The notes beneath the pieces are model-generated. The model was given only the letters and a program-made list of their open reading frames with translations, was not told where the DNA came from and did no database searches. A stretch of DNA of 45,370 nucleotides, taken from IMG/VR virus record IMGVR_UViG_3300045988_070668, positions 1-45,370 of that record; one strand, 5' to 3'. A program made the translations under genes and the position numbers. Source of the DNA: a virus. Positions 16,790-25,056 of this stretch are shown here, one piece after another (the stretch's first letter is position 1; the number at the start of each line of letters is the position of its first letter).

Positions 16790-17416
16790 CTATTTAAGAC
16801 CAAACTGTCCTTTGGAATAAAGCTTTCCATCCATAAAATAAAGATTCGCGTTTGATCCGATATCATATCCGTACCACAAATAAGCGCTTGCATTAGTGTC
16901 TGCAATGTCTGTCTCCACCATTGGCTCCCCTTCCTCGCCTATAATTTTTACACATTCTTCATATGTCATTCCTATTTGACATTGATTGTACTTTTCTAGT
17001 GTTATTTTATTTCCGAAAATATTTCCACCATCTAATACAACCCACATGAATGCAAAAACCAAACCAAAGCAAGTAACAAATGGAAGAATCTTCTTTCGTG
17101 TAGAATATAACGCAAAGCGTTCATTCCTTCCCATTTTTTCTGAACATTCCTTCAATATTTCAGTATCATATTTTTGAGATATGAAACTTACAGCTCTGCT
17201 CATAGGTTCATTTGATTTTTTTCCAAAAATGAAAGTATGAATATCACCATCATTAAGTTTAAATCTCATAAAACCGAAATTTGCATTGTCGGCGAATTGG
17301 TATTCGATAGATTTTATTTCATCATAGTAAAATATCTTATCTCGTTCCAGAAATTCCTCAATAGTTATTTTTTCTTTACCAACATATAATGTTTGCCCGT
17401 TGCCTTTTATGCTCAT
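16790..17416 (-). CDS. Membrane protein with a DUF3862-like C-terminal domain (candidate lysogenic-conversion or superinfection-exclusion factor)
   Basis: Central TM segment (ILPFVTCFGLVFAFMWVVL). The C-terminus ITLEKYNQCQIGMTYEECVKIIGEEGE...YLWYG...NANLYFMDGKLYSKGQFGL is typical of small lipoprotein-like DUF3862 domains. It is co-oriented with, and directly downstream of, the repressor. Confidence 0.5.
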   Translation of the reverse strand: MSIKGNGQTLYVGKEKITIEEFLERDKIFYYDEIKSIEYQFADNANFGFMRFKLNDGDIHTFIFGKKSNEPMSRAVSFISQKYDTEILKECSEKMGRNERFALYSTRKKILPFVTCFGLVFAFMWVVLDGGNIFGNKITLEKYNQCQIGMTYEECVKIIGEEGEPMVETDIADTNASAYLWYGYDIGSNANLYFMDGKLYSKGQFGLK

Positions 17417-17445
17417 TTTTCCCTCTCTTCTATAAAATAAAAATA

Positions 17446-18087
17446 TTATTTTACATCACTCTGGAATGCCATCGCTTTTCCTAAAACATGAACCTGGTTT
17501 AATTCATTTCCAGAGAAAATCAAATCTTCATAGGCTGGATTTTCCGGTTTCAGAATCAACAACCCCTTATCTGGATAATAATAGAGTCGCTTCAGTGTAG
17601 CTTCGCTATCGTTGTTTACTACAACAGCAGCGATCTCTCCATTTTCTACCATATCCTGTTTTCGTATAAATACTATGTCTCCGTCTAAAATTCTAGCCCC
17701 AACCATGCTGTCACCGGAGGCCCTTAAGCAGAAGTCTGCGTTAATGTTTGTGCCCGCCATGACATAACTCTCCCTATCTTCATTCGTATATTTTGGTACC
17801 CCACAGGCTATATCTCCCAACATCGGGAACCGCTTTAATTCAATAGGGTGAACATTGTTTAGAGAAATAATTTCTTCATCTGTAGATTCTTGCCAACCCA
17901 TAAGGTAAGCGGGGGATACACCTAATGCCACAGATACTTTTAAAATTTTATCTCTCTTCATGTTTGCAATTATCCCGTTTTCCCATTTTCGGACTGTACT
18001 TTTTCCGACCCCAACAATATTTCCTAACTCTTCTAAGGTCATTCCCTTTTGCATCCGCAATTCGTGGATCTTTTTTCCCATTTCCAT
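17446..18087 (-). CDS. CI/LexA-type repressor (XRE HTH plus S24 peptidase domain)
   Basis: HTH MTLEELGNIVGVGKSTVRKWENG. S24 motifs SGDSM (catalytic Ser) and TLKRL (Lys). Confidence 0.9.
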   Translation of the reverse strand: MEMGKKIHELRMQKGMTLEELGNIVGVGKSTVRKWENGIIANMKRDKILKVSVALGVSPAYLMGWQESTDEEIISLNNVHPIELKRFPMLGDIACGVPKYTNEDRESYVMAGTNINADFCLRASGDSMVGARILDGDIVFIRKQDMVENGEIAAVVVNNDSEATLKRLYYYPDKGLLILKPENPAYEDLIFSGNELNQVHVLGKAMAFQSDVK

Positions 18088-18114
18088 TTAAGCCACCTCT
18101 TTTCTGATGGTTTC

Positions 18115-18143
18115 ATTATATTATAAATGTGTCTTTTTTGCAA
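18115..18143 (-). promoter_or_regulatory. Leftward promoter for the repressor (PRM-like)
   Basis: Minus-strand TTGCAA (18143..18138), 17 nt, TATAAT (18120..18115). A GTGTCTT half-site lies in the spacer. Confidence 0.5.
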
Positions 18144-18169
18144 CATAAATTATATAAAAATAAATAAAA

Positions 18170-18185
18170 GTGTCTTTTAAGACAA
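18170..18185. promoter_or_regulatory. Operator O1 (GTGTCTT-N2-AAGACAa)
   Basis: Palindrome with 7-bp arms immediately upstream of the -35 of the rightward promoter. Confidence 0.55.
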
Positions 18186-18192
18186 AAAAGTG

Positions 18193-18221
18193 TTGACATA
18201 ACCGCAGAAGCATGATATATT
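18193..18221 (+). promoter_or_regulatory. Rightward early promoter (PR-like)
   Basis: TTGACA (18193-98), 17-nt spacer with TGa, TATATT (18216-21). Confidence 0.6.
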
Positions 18222-18225
18222 AAAA

Positions 18226-18241
18226 GTGTCTTAAATGACAC
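18226..18241. promoter_or_regulatory. Operator O2 (GTGTC-TTAAAT-GACAC)
   Basis: Palindrome 5 nt downstream of the -10 of the rightward promoter. Confidence 0.55.
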
Positions 18242-18260
18242 CGAAAGGAGGGGAGAGAAA

Positions 18261-18467
18261 TTGGATAAATATAAACTTGAATATGAGATGAAATCAAGAG
18301 GAATAACTATTGAAAGGTTATGCCATGACTTGAAGATGAGCCGCTCCGCATTTTATAGAAAATGTAACGGAATTTCTGAATTCACCCAAAGTGAAATTCA
18401 GAACATAGTGGATTATATTGGCCTGGATTCTCCAATGGGAATTTTTTTTACCGAAAAAGTGTCTTAA
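18261..18467 (+). CDS. Cro-like HTH regulator (68 aa)
   Basis: TTG start after AAAGGAGGGGAG. HTH ITIERLCHDLKMSRSAFYRKCNG. Divergent from the repressor. Confidence 0.7.
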   Translation: MDKYKLEYEMKSRGITIERLCHDLKMSRSAFYRKCNGISEFTQSEIQNIVDYIGLDSPMGIFFTEKVS

Positions 18468-18474
18468 AAGACAC
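18459..18474. promoter_or_regulatory. Operator-like perfect palindrome O3 (GTGTCTT-AA-AAGACAC) overlapping the cro stop codon
   Basis: Same arms as O1 and O2. Followed by TTTTC, so it could also act as a weak terminator. Confidence 0.45.
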
Positions 18475-18496
18475 GTTTTCTTGAATAGGAGGTTAA

Positions 18497-19240
18497 ATGA
18501 ACGAATTACAGATTATAAATGTTGATGGAGTAGAGTGCTATGAAAAGGACGGCACAGCTTATTTGAAACTGGAAACAGTGGCCAGAGGGCTTGGTTTTAC
18601 GGAATCGAAAAACGGAAAAGAATATGTCATGTGGCGCAGAGTAGACGGATATTTAACGGAATTATGTTTCGGCACTTCTGCCGAAAGGCCAGAATTCATT
18701 CCGGAAAACATATTTTACCGTCTTGCCATGAAAGCCAAAAACGAAGTGGCTGAAAAGTTCCAGGCAAAAGTGGCAGATGAGATTATCCCATCAATTCGAA
18801 AGACCGGAGGTTATGTGCTCCAAGGGCTTTCAAAAGAAATGAAGGCCATACTCATGATTGACCAGAAGCAAGTCAAGATGGAAGAACGCCTTGACCACCT
18901 GGAATATGATATTCCGCTTTATGGTTCAGAAGCAGACGAGCTGTCTAATCATGTAAAACGAATGGGAGTTGCAATCTTAGGCGGCAAGAGGTCAGAAGCG
19001 TACAATGACAGCAAAATACGGGACAAGGTATATCGAGACATTTACGGCTGCATTAAACGCGAATTTGGGATCTATGACAATGAAGGAAGGCCGATTTCTT
19101 ACAAGGCATTGAAGCGTAAATATCTGGCTGACGCTCATGAGTTGATAGATTGCTATGAGGCGCCCACTTATTTATCCGAACTTATTGATAATGCAAATGC
19201 ACAGCAGAGAATGTATGGAGGCGAACATGAGAGAGATTGA
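18497..19240 (+). CDS. Bro-N / ORF6C-type antirepressor-like protein
   Basis: FIPENIFYRLAMKAKNEVAEKFQAKVADEIIPSIRKTGGY matches Bro-N. The C-terminus GGKRSEAYNDSKIRDKVYRDIYGCIKREFG...YKALKRKYLADAHELI is ORF6C-like. Confidence 0.7.
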   Translation: MNELQIINVDGVECYEKDGTAYLKLETVARGLGFTESKNGKEYVMWRRVDGYLTELCFGTSAERPEFIPENIFYRLAMKAKNEVAEKFQAKVADEIIPSIRKTGGYVLQGLSKEMKAILMIDQKQVKMEERLDHLEYDIPLYGSEADELSNHVKRMGVAILGGKRSEAYNDSKIRDKVYRDIYGCIKREFGIYDNEGRPISYKALKRKYLADAHELIDCYEAPTYLSELIDNANAQQRMYGGEHERD

Positions 19241-19370
19241 AAAAGAGCTTCAGAAAAATCCATCCTTGCTTAGCCTATTTGAAACAGCGGTTAAATGCAA
19301 TGAAAACCAAATAGGGGCTGCGGTTGAAAAACTTCATGAATTAAAGGAACGCCGCAAGTCAAATTTATAG
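19227..19370 (+). CDS. Small hypothetical protein (47 aa)
   Basis: ATG after GGAGG. Overlaps the upstream stop. The track ORF 19155..19370 is trimmed to the RBS-supported start. Confidence 0.45.
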   Translation: MREIEKELQKNPSLLSLFETAVKCNENQIGAAVEKLHELKERRKSNL

Positions 19371-19379
19371 GAGAAGGAT

Positions 19380-19532
19380 ATGGCAGTAAAAGAAATTAAG
19401 GTTGTAGTTACATACACCGACGGTTATCAGAGCCGCTTTACAGAGGCTTGCCTCCGCCAGTTGGCTAAGAGAAAGCCCGTACCGCTTCCGGCGGCCGAAG
19501 AAACGGCTGAACCGGGCCGGAAATACGCTTAA
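19380..19532 (+). CDS. Small hypothetical protein (50 aa)
   Basis: ATG after GGAGAAGG. Translation MAVKEIKVVVTYTDGYQSRF.... Below the track cutoff. Confidence 0.45.
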   Translation: MAVKEIKVVVTYTDGYQSRFTEACLRQLAKRKPVPLPAAEETAEPGRKYA

Positions 19533-19544
19533 GGAGGTGAGGGC

Positions 19545-19697
19545 ATGGCAAAAGCAAAGAAGCCGACAGATGGGCAGGCAATGCTGATTGCGAAGGCCGG
19601 ATTGATGGTCAAGGACTGGCTTGTCCTGTGGGAATCACAAACCATGATGTGTCTGGTGCACCGCGCGGATGGCCATATCAGAAAAATTGAGATTTAA
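19545..19697 (+). CDS. Small hypothetical protein (50 aa)
   Basis: ATG after AAGGAGGTGAG. Translation MAKAKKPTDGQAMLIAKAGLMVKDWLVLWESQ.... Confidence 0.5.
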   Translation: MAKAKKPTDGQAMLIAKAGLMVKDWLVLWESQTMMCLVHRADGHIRKIEI

Positions 19698-19711
19698 GGA
19701 GGAAATGGAGT

Positions 19712-19825
19712 ATGTATATTGACCCGTTTTGGGCCGGTGTGGCTGCTACGCTCCTGGCAGAGGTGGCAGCAATCACAGCATTAGTTATCATTGAGATAAA
19801 AAAATCAAGCGGAGGTAAAGAGTAA
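19712..19825 (+). CDS. Small membrane peptide (37 aa)
   Basis: ATG after AAGGAGGAAATGGAG. One hydrophobic helix. The stop overlaps the next ATG (TAATG). Confidence 0.4.
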   Translation: MYIDPFWAGVAATLLAEVAAITALVIIEIKKSSGGKE

Positions 19826-20514
19826 TGTGCCAGTTTAAGAGCGGGATTATCTTAAAAAATAAAATCGTTGTCGCTCCAGGAAAGGATGACAGCCATTCAA
19901 GCCTCCTGGAATCCCTCGGAATCCAGGACGACTACATCGGAGTATCTAAGACGTTTGTACGAGCGGAATTGGTTCCCAAAAATAATGAGTGGTGGATCAG
20001 CCCGGAAGAACACCCGGAAAAATGGACGTTTGTGGTTGACCAGGATATTTTGCCAGAATGGTTTTACAGAGAAGAATCGGAAAAAGAATTCCGGGCGGCT
20101 GTCTGTACTTGGTGGAAGTCTCATGTACTTGTAGACCAGAAATTGGAAAAACTCGAATCTGGATATTATAAATTGAAACGCTGCGAGGTTAGGAAGCTGC
20201 TTAACGATGTAATGGCTGATCTGTATGATTCCCAGGTCGGCGTGATGCGGGGAAGCTCCCAGGTCGGCGAGATGTGGGAAAGCTCCCAGGTCGGCGAGAT
20301 GCGGGGAAGCTCCCAGGTCGGCGTGATGCGGGAAAGCTCCCAGGTCGGCGAGATGCGGGAAAGCTCCCAGGTCGGCGTGATGCGGGAAAGCTCCCAGGTC
20401 GGCGAGATGTGGGGAAGCTCCATAGCGAAAGACTATAAAAATTATCCTAAAATTAAAATCTGGGTATCCCCAGAAGGAAACTTTGAAATGCTTACATATG
20501 TAAATAAAAACTGA
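19825..20514 (+). CDS. Hypothetical protein with seven tandem 9-aa repeats (SQVG[V/E]M[R/W][G/E]S)
   Basis: 229-aa ORF. The N-terminal 135 aa are non-repetitive (MCQFKSGIILKN...). The repeat block is at aa 136-198. Confidence 0.65.
   Translation: MCQFKSGIILKNKIVVAPGKDDSHSSLLESLGIQDDYIGVSKTFVRAELVPKNNEWWISPEEHPEKWTFVVDQDILPEWFYREESEKEFRAAVCTWWKSHVLVDQKLEKLESGYYKLKRCEVRKLLNDVMADLYDSQVGVMRGSSQVGEMWESSQVGEMRGSSQVGVMRESSQVGEMRESSQVGVMRESSQVGEMWGSSIAKDYKNYPKIKIWVSPEGNFEMLTYVNKN
20230..20418. repeat. Tandem repeat, 27 bp x 7, in frame
   Basis: The unit is tcccaggtcggcg[t/a]gatg[c/t]ggg[g/a]aagc. 24 of 27 positions are invariant across all seven units. Confidence 0.95.
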
Positions 20515-20638
20515 ATAAAAAATCCCCATTAGTACCGGAAATACCAACGGGGAAAGGCACAATAGCTAAGTGAGGTAGCCATTGCAGAAATTATCATACC
20601 ATAATTTCCTGCGATTGGCAAGAACAAATGTTCGTTAA

Positions 20639-20908
20639 ATGGAGGGAATTATGGATAAAGAAAATAAAGTATCCTGGGACAACTTGGAGCAGCTTTTTGC
20701 AGTAGAGGTGATTGAGCAGTCCAAAAGAAACGCAAAGAGGTGGTTTGTGGCATGGCTTGTCACTCTGGCGGCGCTGATCGGGACAAACGCAGCATGGATC
20801 TATGTGGCGCAGTCTTATGAGTATGTATCCCAGGATGGAAGCGGCCAGAACAACATTAACACTGGCACACAGGGAGACATCAGACATGGGACAGAAAATG
20901 AGAATTAA
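20639..20908 (+). CDS. Small membrane protein (89 aa)
   Basis: One TM segment (WFVAWLVTLAALIGTNAAWIYV). RBS GGAGGG. Confidence 0.5.
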   Translation: MEGIMDKENKVSWDNLEQLFAVEVIEQSKRNAKRWFVAWLVTLAALIGTNAAWIYVAQSYEYVSQDGSGQNNINTGTQGDIRHGTENEN

Positions 20909-20958
20909 AAAGAACGGGAAAAGCCGTGGGATCAAAAGGAAGAGGAGGAAGAAGAAAA

Positions 20959-21168
20959 ATGCATGACATCAGTAAGATGCGCCGGGCCCGGAAGAGACAG
21001 AAACTTTTCCGGGCGGCAGTAAGGTGGATGGCCGTAGTGGCACTGTTTGGCCTGTCCTGGTTTGGCCTGTGCGTCCTTCTGGCACCTTACATGATGCTGA
21101 GACTTGCCGTATTTTTTTCCGGCATGATGCTGGTTCTGGCCGCAAAATTTTTAGAGGAGGAAGCATGA
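20959..21168 (+). CDS. Small two-TM membrane protein (69 aa)
   Basis: ATG after AGGAGGAAGAAG. The track ORF starts at an upstream GTG (20926). Confidence 0.45.
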   Translation: MHDISKMRRARKRQKLFRAAVRWMAVVALFGLSWFGLCVLLAPYMMLRLAVFFSGMMLVLAAKFLEEEA

Positions 21169-21308
21169 GCAGAAGACGAAATGGAACCAACCAGGCAATG
21201 ATCCAGCTTGGCCTTAATCGGTACAAGCTGGGAAAGAAAAAGCGCCCTGGAGCGGCAACTCCGGTGGGCGCAGAAAAAATAACTTACACAGGTAAGCATA
21301 GCAGATAG
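21165..21308 (+). CDS. Small basic protein (47 aa)
   Basis: ATG overlaps the upstream stop (ATGA) and follows GAGGAGG. It is an internal start of track ORF 21024..21308. Confidence 0.4.
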   Translation: MSRRRNGTNQAMIQLGLNRYKLGKKKRPGAATPVGAEKITYTGKHSR

Positions 21309-21322
21309 GAGAGGGGATATCA

Positions 21323-21490
21323 ATGGCAAGTAAAGAGATTTTGACGTTTTTGTCAGAGGAGGAGCATGAGTATATCGTTGGTCTTGTACAGCGGGATATC
21401 TTCTTCGAGAGGACAGGCGAGCCGATTCCAATTAAAGACAAATGCCGGATCTGGATAAAACTGGAGGATGCGAAAGAGAAAAATGAATAA
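21323..21490 (+). CDS. Small hypothetical protein (55 aa)
   Basis: ATG after GGAGAGGGG. Translation MASKEILTFLSEEEHEYIVG.... Confidence 0.45.
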   Translation: MASKEILTFLSEEEHEYIVGLVQRDIFFERTGEPIPIKDKCRIWIKLEDAKEKNE

Positions 21491-21662
21491 TATGTTGGAC
21501 AGATGCGATGCCTGTGGTGCGTATCTGGAGGAGGATGGCCGATTGTGCCGGAGGTGTCGGGACAAGGCCATCCAGCGGATGCGTAAAAAACAAAAAGAAC
21601 GTGCAAGAGGGTCTGAAGTGATAGAAGAACTGGAGGCGTCAGTATACTGGAGCATAAAGTAA
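21483..21662 (+). CDS. Small Cys4 zinc-ribbon-like protein (59 aa)
   Basis: CDACGAY...CRRC motif. ATG overlaps the end of the previous ORF. Confidence 0.45.
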   Translation: MNNMLDRCDACGAYLEEDGRLCRRCRDKAIQRMRKKQKERARGSEVIEELEASVYWSIK

Positions 21663-21785
21663 TTGATGGAACGAAACTGGTTGGATGGCTTAGAGGGCAG
21701 CAGTCAATTACTCCCTTATCTTACGCCGAAAAAGTTTTATATGAAAAAATAATCCATCATGTCGTAAATATGATGGAGGAAGAGG

Positions 21786-22586
21786 GTGTTAAAAACGGAG
21801 AACGGTAAGAAGTTAGAATTTAGGCTGCTGAATGCAGATGAGATTGATTGCCGCATCGCAATGGTGAAAGAATCTGGAGTGTCAATTCTGCTATATAAAG
21901 ATGCGAGAGTAGACCAGAATATTCTTGATGAGGTTATTGGACCTATGAATTGGAGCCGGTCTCATCAACTGATTGGCGACAGGCTATATTGTACAGTCAG
22001 TATTAAAGACAACGAAAGCGGAGAATGGGTTTCTAAGCAAGATGTTGGAACAGAGAGCTACACAGCAAAAGAAAAGGGACAGGCTTCTGATAGTTTTAAG
22101 CGAGCGTGCTTTAATTGGGGGATTGGCAGAGAGTTGTATACAGCCCCTTTCATCTGGATCCCTTCTAGCGTATGCAAGATATCTAAAGGACAAAATGGTA
22201 GATTTTCTTGCTTTGAGAATTTTTTTGTATGTGATATTGGGTACGATGATAACAGACGAATAAATCTATTAAAAATCGTAAATGGAAATGGGAAAATCAT
22301 GTACTCTATGGGAGATAAACCAAAAGAAGAATCCAATCCTAAAATGGCAAAGTTAGAAGCTAAGCATATCAATGAATTATATATGCAACTGCAAAGAACT
22401 GGAGTGGGATTATCTGGACTCCTTAAAGAGTATCATGTGAACGATATCCATGACCTTACTATTATGGATTATGAAAAAGCCATAGACAGATTAAAATCCA
22501 GGCCAGACAAGCCTATTGATCCTAACACAATTCCTCCAGAAAATTCAGATGATCCAACCCTCCCTTGGAATAATCCACAGAGGTGA
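21786..22586 (+). CDS. Rad52/Sak-like single-strand annealing protein
   Basis: ILDEVIGPMNWSRSHQLIG...AKEKGQASDSFKRACFNWGIGRELY matches the conserved Rad52-fold signature. Confidence 0.75.
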   Translation: MLKTENGKKLEFRLLNADEIDCRIAMVKESGVSILLYKDARVDQNILDEVIGPMNWSRSHQLIGDRLYCTVSIKDNESGEWVSKQDVGTESYTAKEKGQASDSFKRACFNWGIGRELYTAPFIWIPSSVCKISKGQNGRFSCFENFFVCDIGYDDNRRINLLKIVNGNGKIMYSMGDKPKEESNPKMAKLEAKHINELYMQLQRTGVGLSGLLKEYHVNDIHDLTIMDYEKAIDRLKSRPDKPIDPNTIPPENSDDPTLPWNNPQR

Positions 22587-23113
22587 TCCGAATGGAATGT
22601 ATTGGAAAGCTAAAGAGCATTTCCCAAGATTGGATGAGCGGAAAGTGGGAAATCACATTTTCTACCAATGAGAACATTACTGGAGGAATAGAAAATATTA
22701 AGGACAAGCTGCTTCGTATTTGCGTAAAACAGCATCGTGAAAAGCGGAGCCTGGATGCCAATGCATATGCCTGGGTGCTGATGCAAAAGATTGCAGAGGC
22801 CATACATACTGACAAGTGGTCCGTGTATCTGATGATGTTGGAGCGTTACAGCTCTGTTTTTACCCACATCATCGTAAGGCCAGAGGCAGTAGAGCGTGTC
22901 ATGGGCGAGTGGAGGACTGTTAAGGTACTCGGTCCCATACAGGTCAACGGAAGCTCTGGGATCCAGCTGCAATGCTATTTTGGCTCCAGCACCTTTGACT
23001 CAAAGGAGATGTCTAGTTTTATCGACGGAATCGTATCGGAGTGCAAGGAAATGGGGATTGAGACCTTGCCGCCAGATGAAATTGAACGAATGAGAAGGGA
23101 GTGGGGAATCTGA
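22583..23113 (+). CDS. NinB/Orf-like recombination mediator (tentative)
   Basis: REKRSLDANAYAWVLMQKIAE resembles the RSLDQN..LWA motif of lambda NinB. Sits next to the annealing-protein gene. Confidence 0.45.
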   Translation: MIRMECIGKLKSISQDWMSGKWEITFSTNENITGGIENIKDKLLRICVKQHREKRSLDANAYAWVLMQKIAEAIHTDKWSVYLMMLERYSSVFTHIIVRPEAVERVMGEWRTVKVLGPIQVNGSSGIQLQCYFGSSTFDSKEMSSFIDGIVSECKEMGIETLPPDEIERMRREWGI

Positions 23114-23403
23114 AAAAACTGTGGAGCATTTTTACGGACGATATGGACCATTGCTATTTTACTGGGTCTCCCCAAATCGAGAGACATCATGTATTTGGAG
23201 GAGCGAACCGGTTCAGATCCGAAAAGTATGGATATGTAATCCCATTGAGATATGACATGCACCCTAATGGGGCAAGATTCCGGCCTACACAGGAGAACAA
23301 GAAACTTGACGGATACCTTAAGGCTGCGTGTCAGCGTGATTATGAAAGCAAGCACGGAACCCGGCAACAGTTTATTTCCGAGTTCGGAAAATCCTATTTA
23401 TAG
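23101..23403 (+). CDS. Small His-Me-finger (HNH-like) protein, possibly a structure-specific nuclease
   Basis: CYFTG...ERHHVFGGANRFRSEKYGYVIPL...H pattern. Lies in the recombination module. Confidence 0.3.
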   Translation: MGNLKKLWSIFTDDMDHCYFTGSPQIERHHVFGGANRFRSEKYGYVIPLRYDMHPNGARFRPTQENKKLDGYLKAACQRDYESKHGTRQQFISEFGKSYL

Positions 23404-23492
23404 CCTTCTGGTGGCGGAATAATATGTCACAGTATTAGATGCCATTTATATTACTCCTGGTCCGGCATAAGCCGGGCCGGAAAGGAGGAACC

Positions 23493-24302
23493 ATGAACTA
23501 TATCGCTGAGATCAACGGATTTGAGCGGTGGCTCGAAACCCACTGCCTTCCCACCTTGTCACAGCTCCTTTGGTACAAGCTGATGTATTGGAGCAGCAGG
23601 TCTGGATGGCCAGAATGGATGCAAGTAGATAACCGCCGCTTGATGGTGTCCCTACAGATAGCAAGAGAAGCATCCTTGACAGAGAACAGGGAACGGCTTG
23701 TGAATGCAGGGTTGGTGGAGTACCGGAAGGGCCGTAAGGGTATCCCCGGAAGCTACCACCTGGTCTCATTAGCTACGAAATATACTTACAATTTGAAAGT
23801 ACAAAGCGAAGTACAACCCGTATGCAATCCCGTAGTATATCCCGTAGTACAACCCGTAGTACAAAGCGTAGACATAATAAACAATAAAAATAAACAAGAA
23901 AAGAGTAGTACTGACGTACTACCAGAAAAGACGGATGCCTTTTCTGACCAGATCACCACGATTCGAGAGCTTTATAACTCCGTTTGCGGGTCGTATCCCC
24001 GCCTGGTGAAAATGTCTGACGCAAGGAAAAAAGCAATTCGGGCCAGGCTGAGAGCAGGGTACACAGTAGATGATTTCCGGAGACTGTTTGAGATTGCAGA
24101 AGCAAGCAGCTTTCTGAAGGGAAAAAATAACCGGAACTGGTCTGCCACTTTTGACTGGCTTGTGGCTGACTCCAACATGGCCAAGGTTCTGGACGGAAAT
24201 TATACGGACAGGAAGAGCGCAAAGGAGCATGATGAAAATGAAGATCGGAGACCAGCGTCGGATTTTTATAAGCGATTCATGCCAGGTGGAAGCGACTGTT
24301 AA
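23493..24302 (+). CDS. Replisome organiser / replication initiator with a conserved phage C-terminal (Phg_2220_C-like) domain
   Basis: ATG after AAAGGAGGAA. N-terminus FERWLETHCLPTLSQLLWYKLMYW. C-terminus LYNSVCGSYPRLVKMSDARKKAIRARL...FLKGKNNRNWSATFDWLV. Internal iterons are present. Confidence 0.7.
   Translation: MNYIAEINGFERWLETHCLPTLSQLLWYKLMYWSSRSGWPEWMQVDNRRLMVSLQIAREASLTENRERLVNAGLVEYRKGRKGIPGSYHLVSLATKYTYNLKVQSEVQPVCNPVVYPVVQPVVQSVDIINNKNKQEKSSTDVLPEKTDAFSDQITTIRELYNSVCGSYPRLVKMSDARKKAIRARLRAGYTVDDFRRLFEIAEASSFLKGKNNRNWSATFDWLVADSNMAKVLDGNYTDRKSAKEHDENEDRRPASDFYKRFMPGGSDC
23793..23876. repeat. About seven tandem 12-bp units (iteron-like) inside the organiser gene; putative origin
   Basis: ttgaaagtacaa / agcgaagtacaa / cccgtatgcaat / cccgtagtatat / cccgtagtacaa / cccgtagtacaa / agcgtagacata. 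Confidence 0.6.
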
Positions 24303-25038
24303 GACAGTTCGCCCATATGGCCAAGGGAGGGACCGATGCCTTCTGGTGACCTATGATGTGCCTGGATATGGAGAGACACAGCCGTTTGCAATGCCGTGCG
24401 GATCCGAGTCACCGTATGCAGATGACCCGTCCAGACGGATTTCCAGGAGCATGATGCCCGAAGGGTATATGCAAAAGACCGGTAAGGACTTTGACTGGAG
24501 CCTGTATGGGGAGGATACAGAGCCGCAGAAAAAGATTGTAAATGCCTTTGTAACCAGATATGCCGAATTTGAGCGATCTGGCCGGGGACTCTATATTTTC
24601 TCAAAGGTCAAAGGGTCCGGGAAAACATTTCTGGCCTGTATCCTGGCTAATGAGATTGCGGCGAGAAGGCCGTTTTCGCTTAAATTTGTTACGCTTCCAG
24701 ACCTTATTGAGCTGGTGAAGAGCCGGGATGAACTGGACCGGCAGACATTGGACGGTCTGTATGCTTGCCGACTGCTGATTATGGACGATATAGGAGCCCA
24801 TGACGGGGGACAGGCGTGGATCAACGAGGCTATCTTCCGGTTGATTGATTACCGGTACCGGGAGCGGAGACCGGTGATCTTTACCAGCAACTGTGATACT
24901 GGTCATCTGGATTGTGATGAGCGGATTGCGGACCGGATCGAAGCAATGACCGTTCCGCTCCGGATGCCGGAGGTACGGGTCCGGAAGCAGATTGCGGCAA
25001 GGGAGTCTGGAGATTTTTTAAGATCTGTAATGGAGTAA
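24229..25038 (+). CDS. DnaC/IstB-like helicase loader ATPase
   Basis: Walker A GSGKTFLA and Walker B LLIMDDIG. ATG after AAAGGAG. The track ORF begins earlier, inside the upstream gene. Confidence 0.8.
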   Translation: MMKMKIGDQRRIFISDSCQVEATVKTVRPYGQGRDRCLLVTYDVPGYGETQPFAMPCGSESPYADDPSRRISRSMMPEGYMQKTGKDFDWSLYGEDTEPQKKIVNAFVTRYAEFERSGRGLYIFSKVKGSGKTFLACILANEIAARRPFSLKFVTLPDLIELVKSRDELDRQTLDGLYACRLLIMDDIGAHDGGQAWINEAIFRLIDYRYRERRPVIFTSNCDTGHLDCDERIADRIEAMTVPLRMPEVRVRKQIAARESGDFLRSVME

Positions 25039-25056
25039 AAAACAGGAGGGAGACCA

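Noticed and set aside
20230-20418. Possible CRISPR array (regular short repeats)
   Set aside because: The units are contiguous 27-bp tandem repeats with no spacers. They are in frame inside a long ORF, and no cas genes are present.
19897-20562. 221-aa minus-strand ORF and an 85-aa ORF running through the 27-bp repeat
   Set aside because: These frames are open only because the repeat lacks stops in several frames. The + strand ORF has a non-repetitive N-terminal domain, a coupled start (TAATG) and fits the operon direction.
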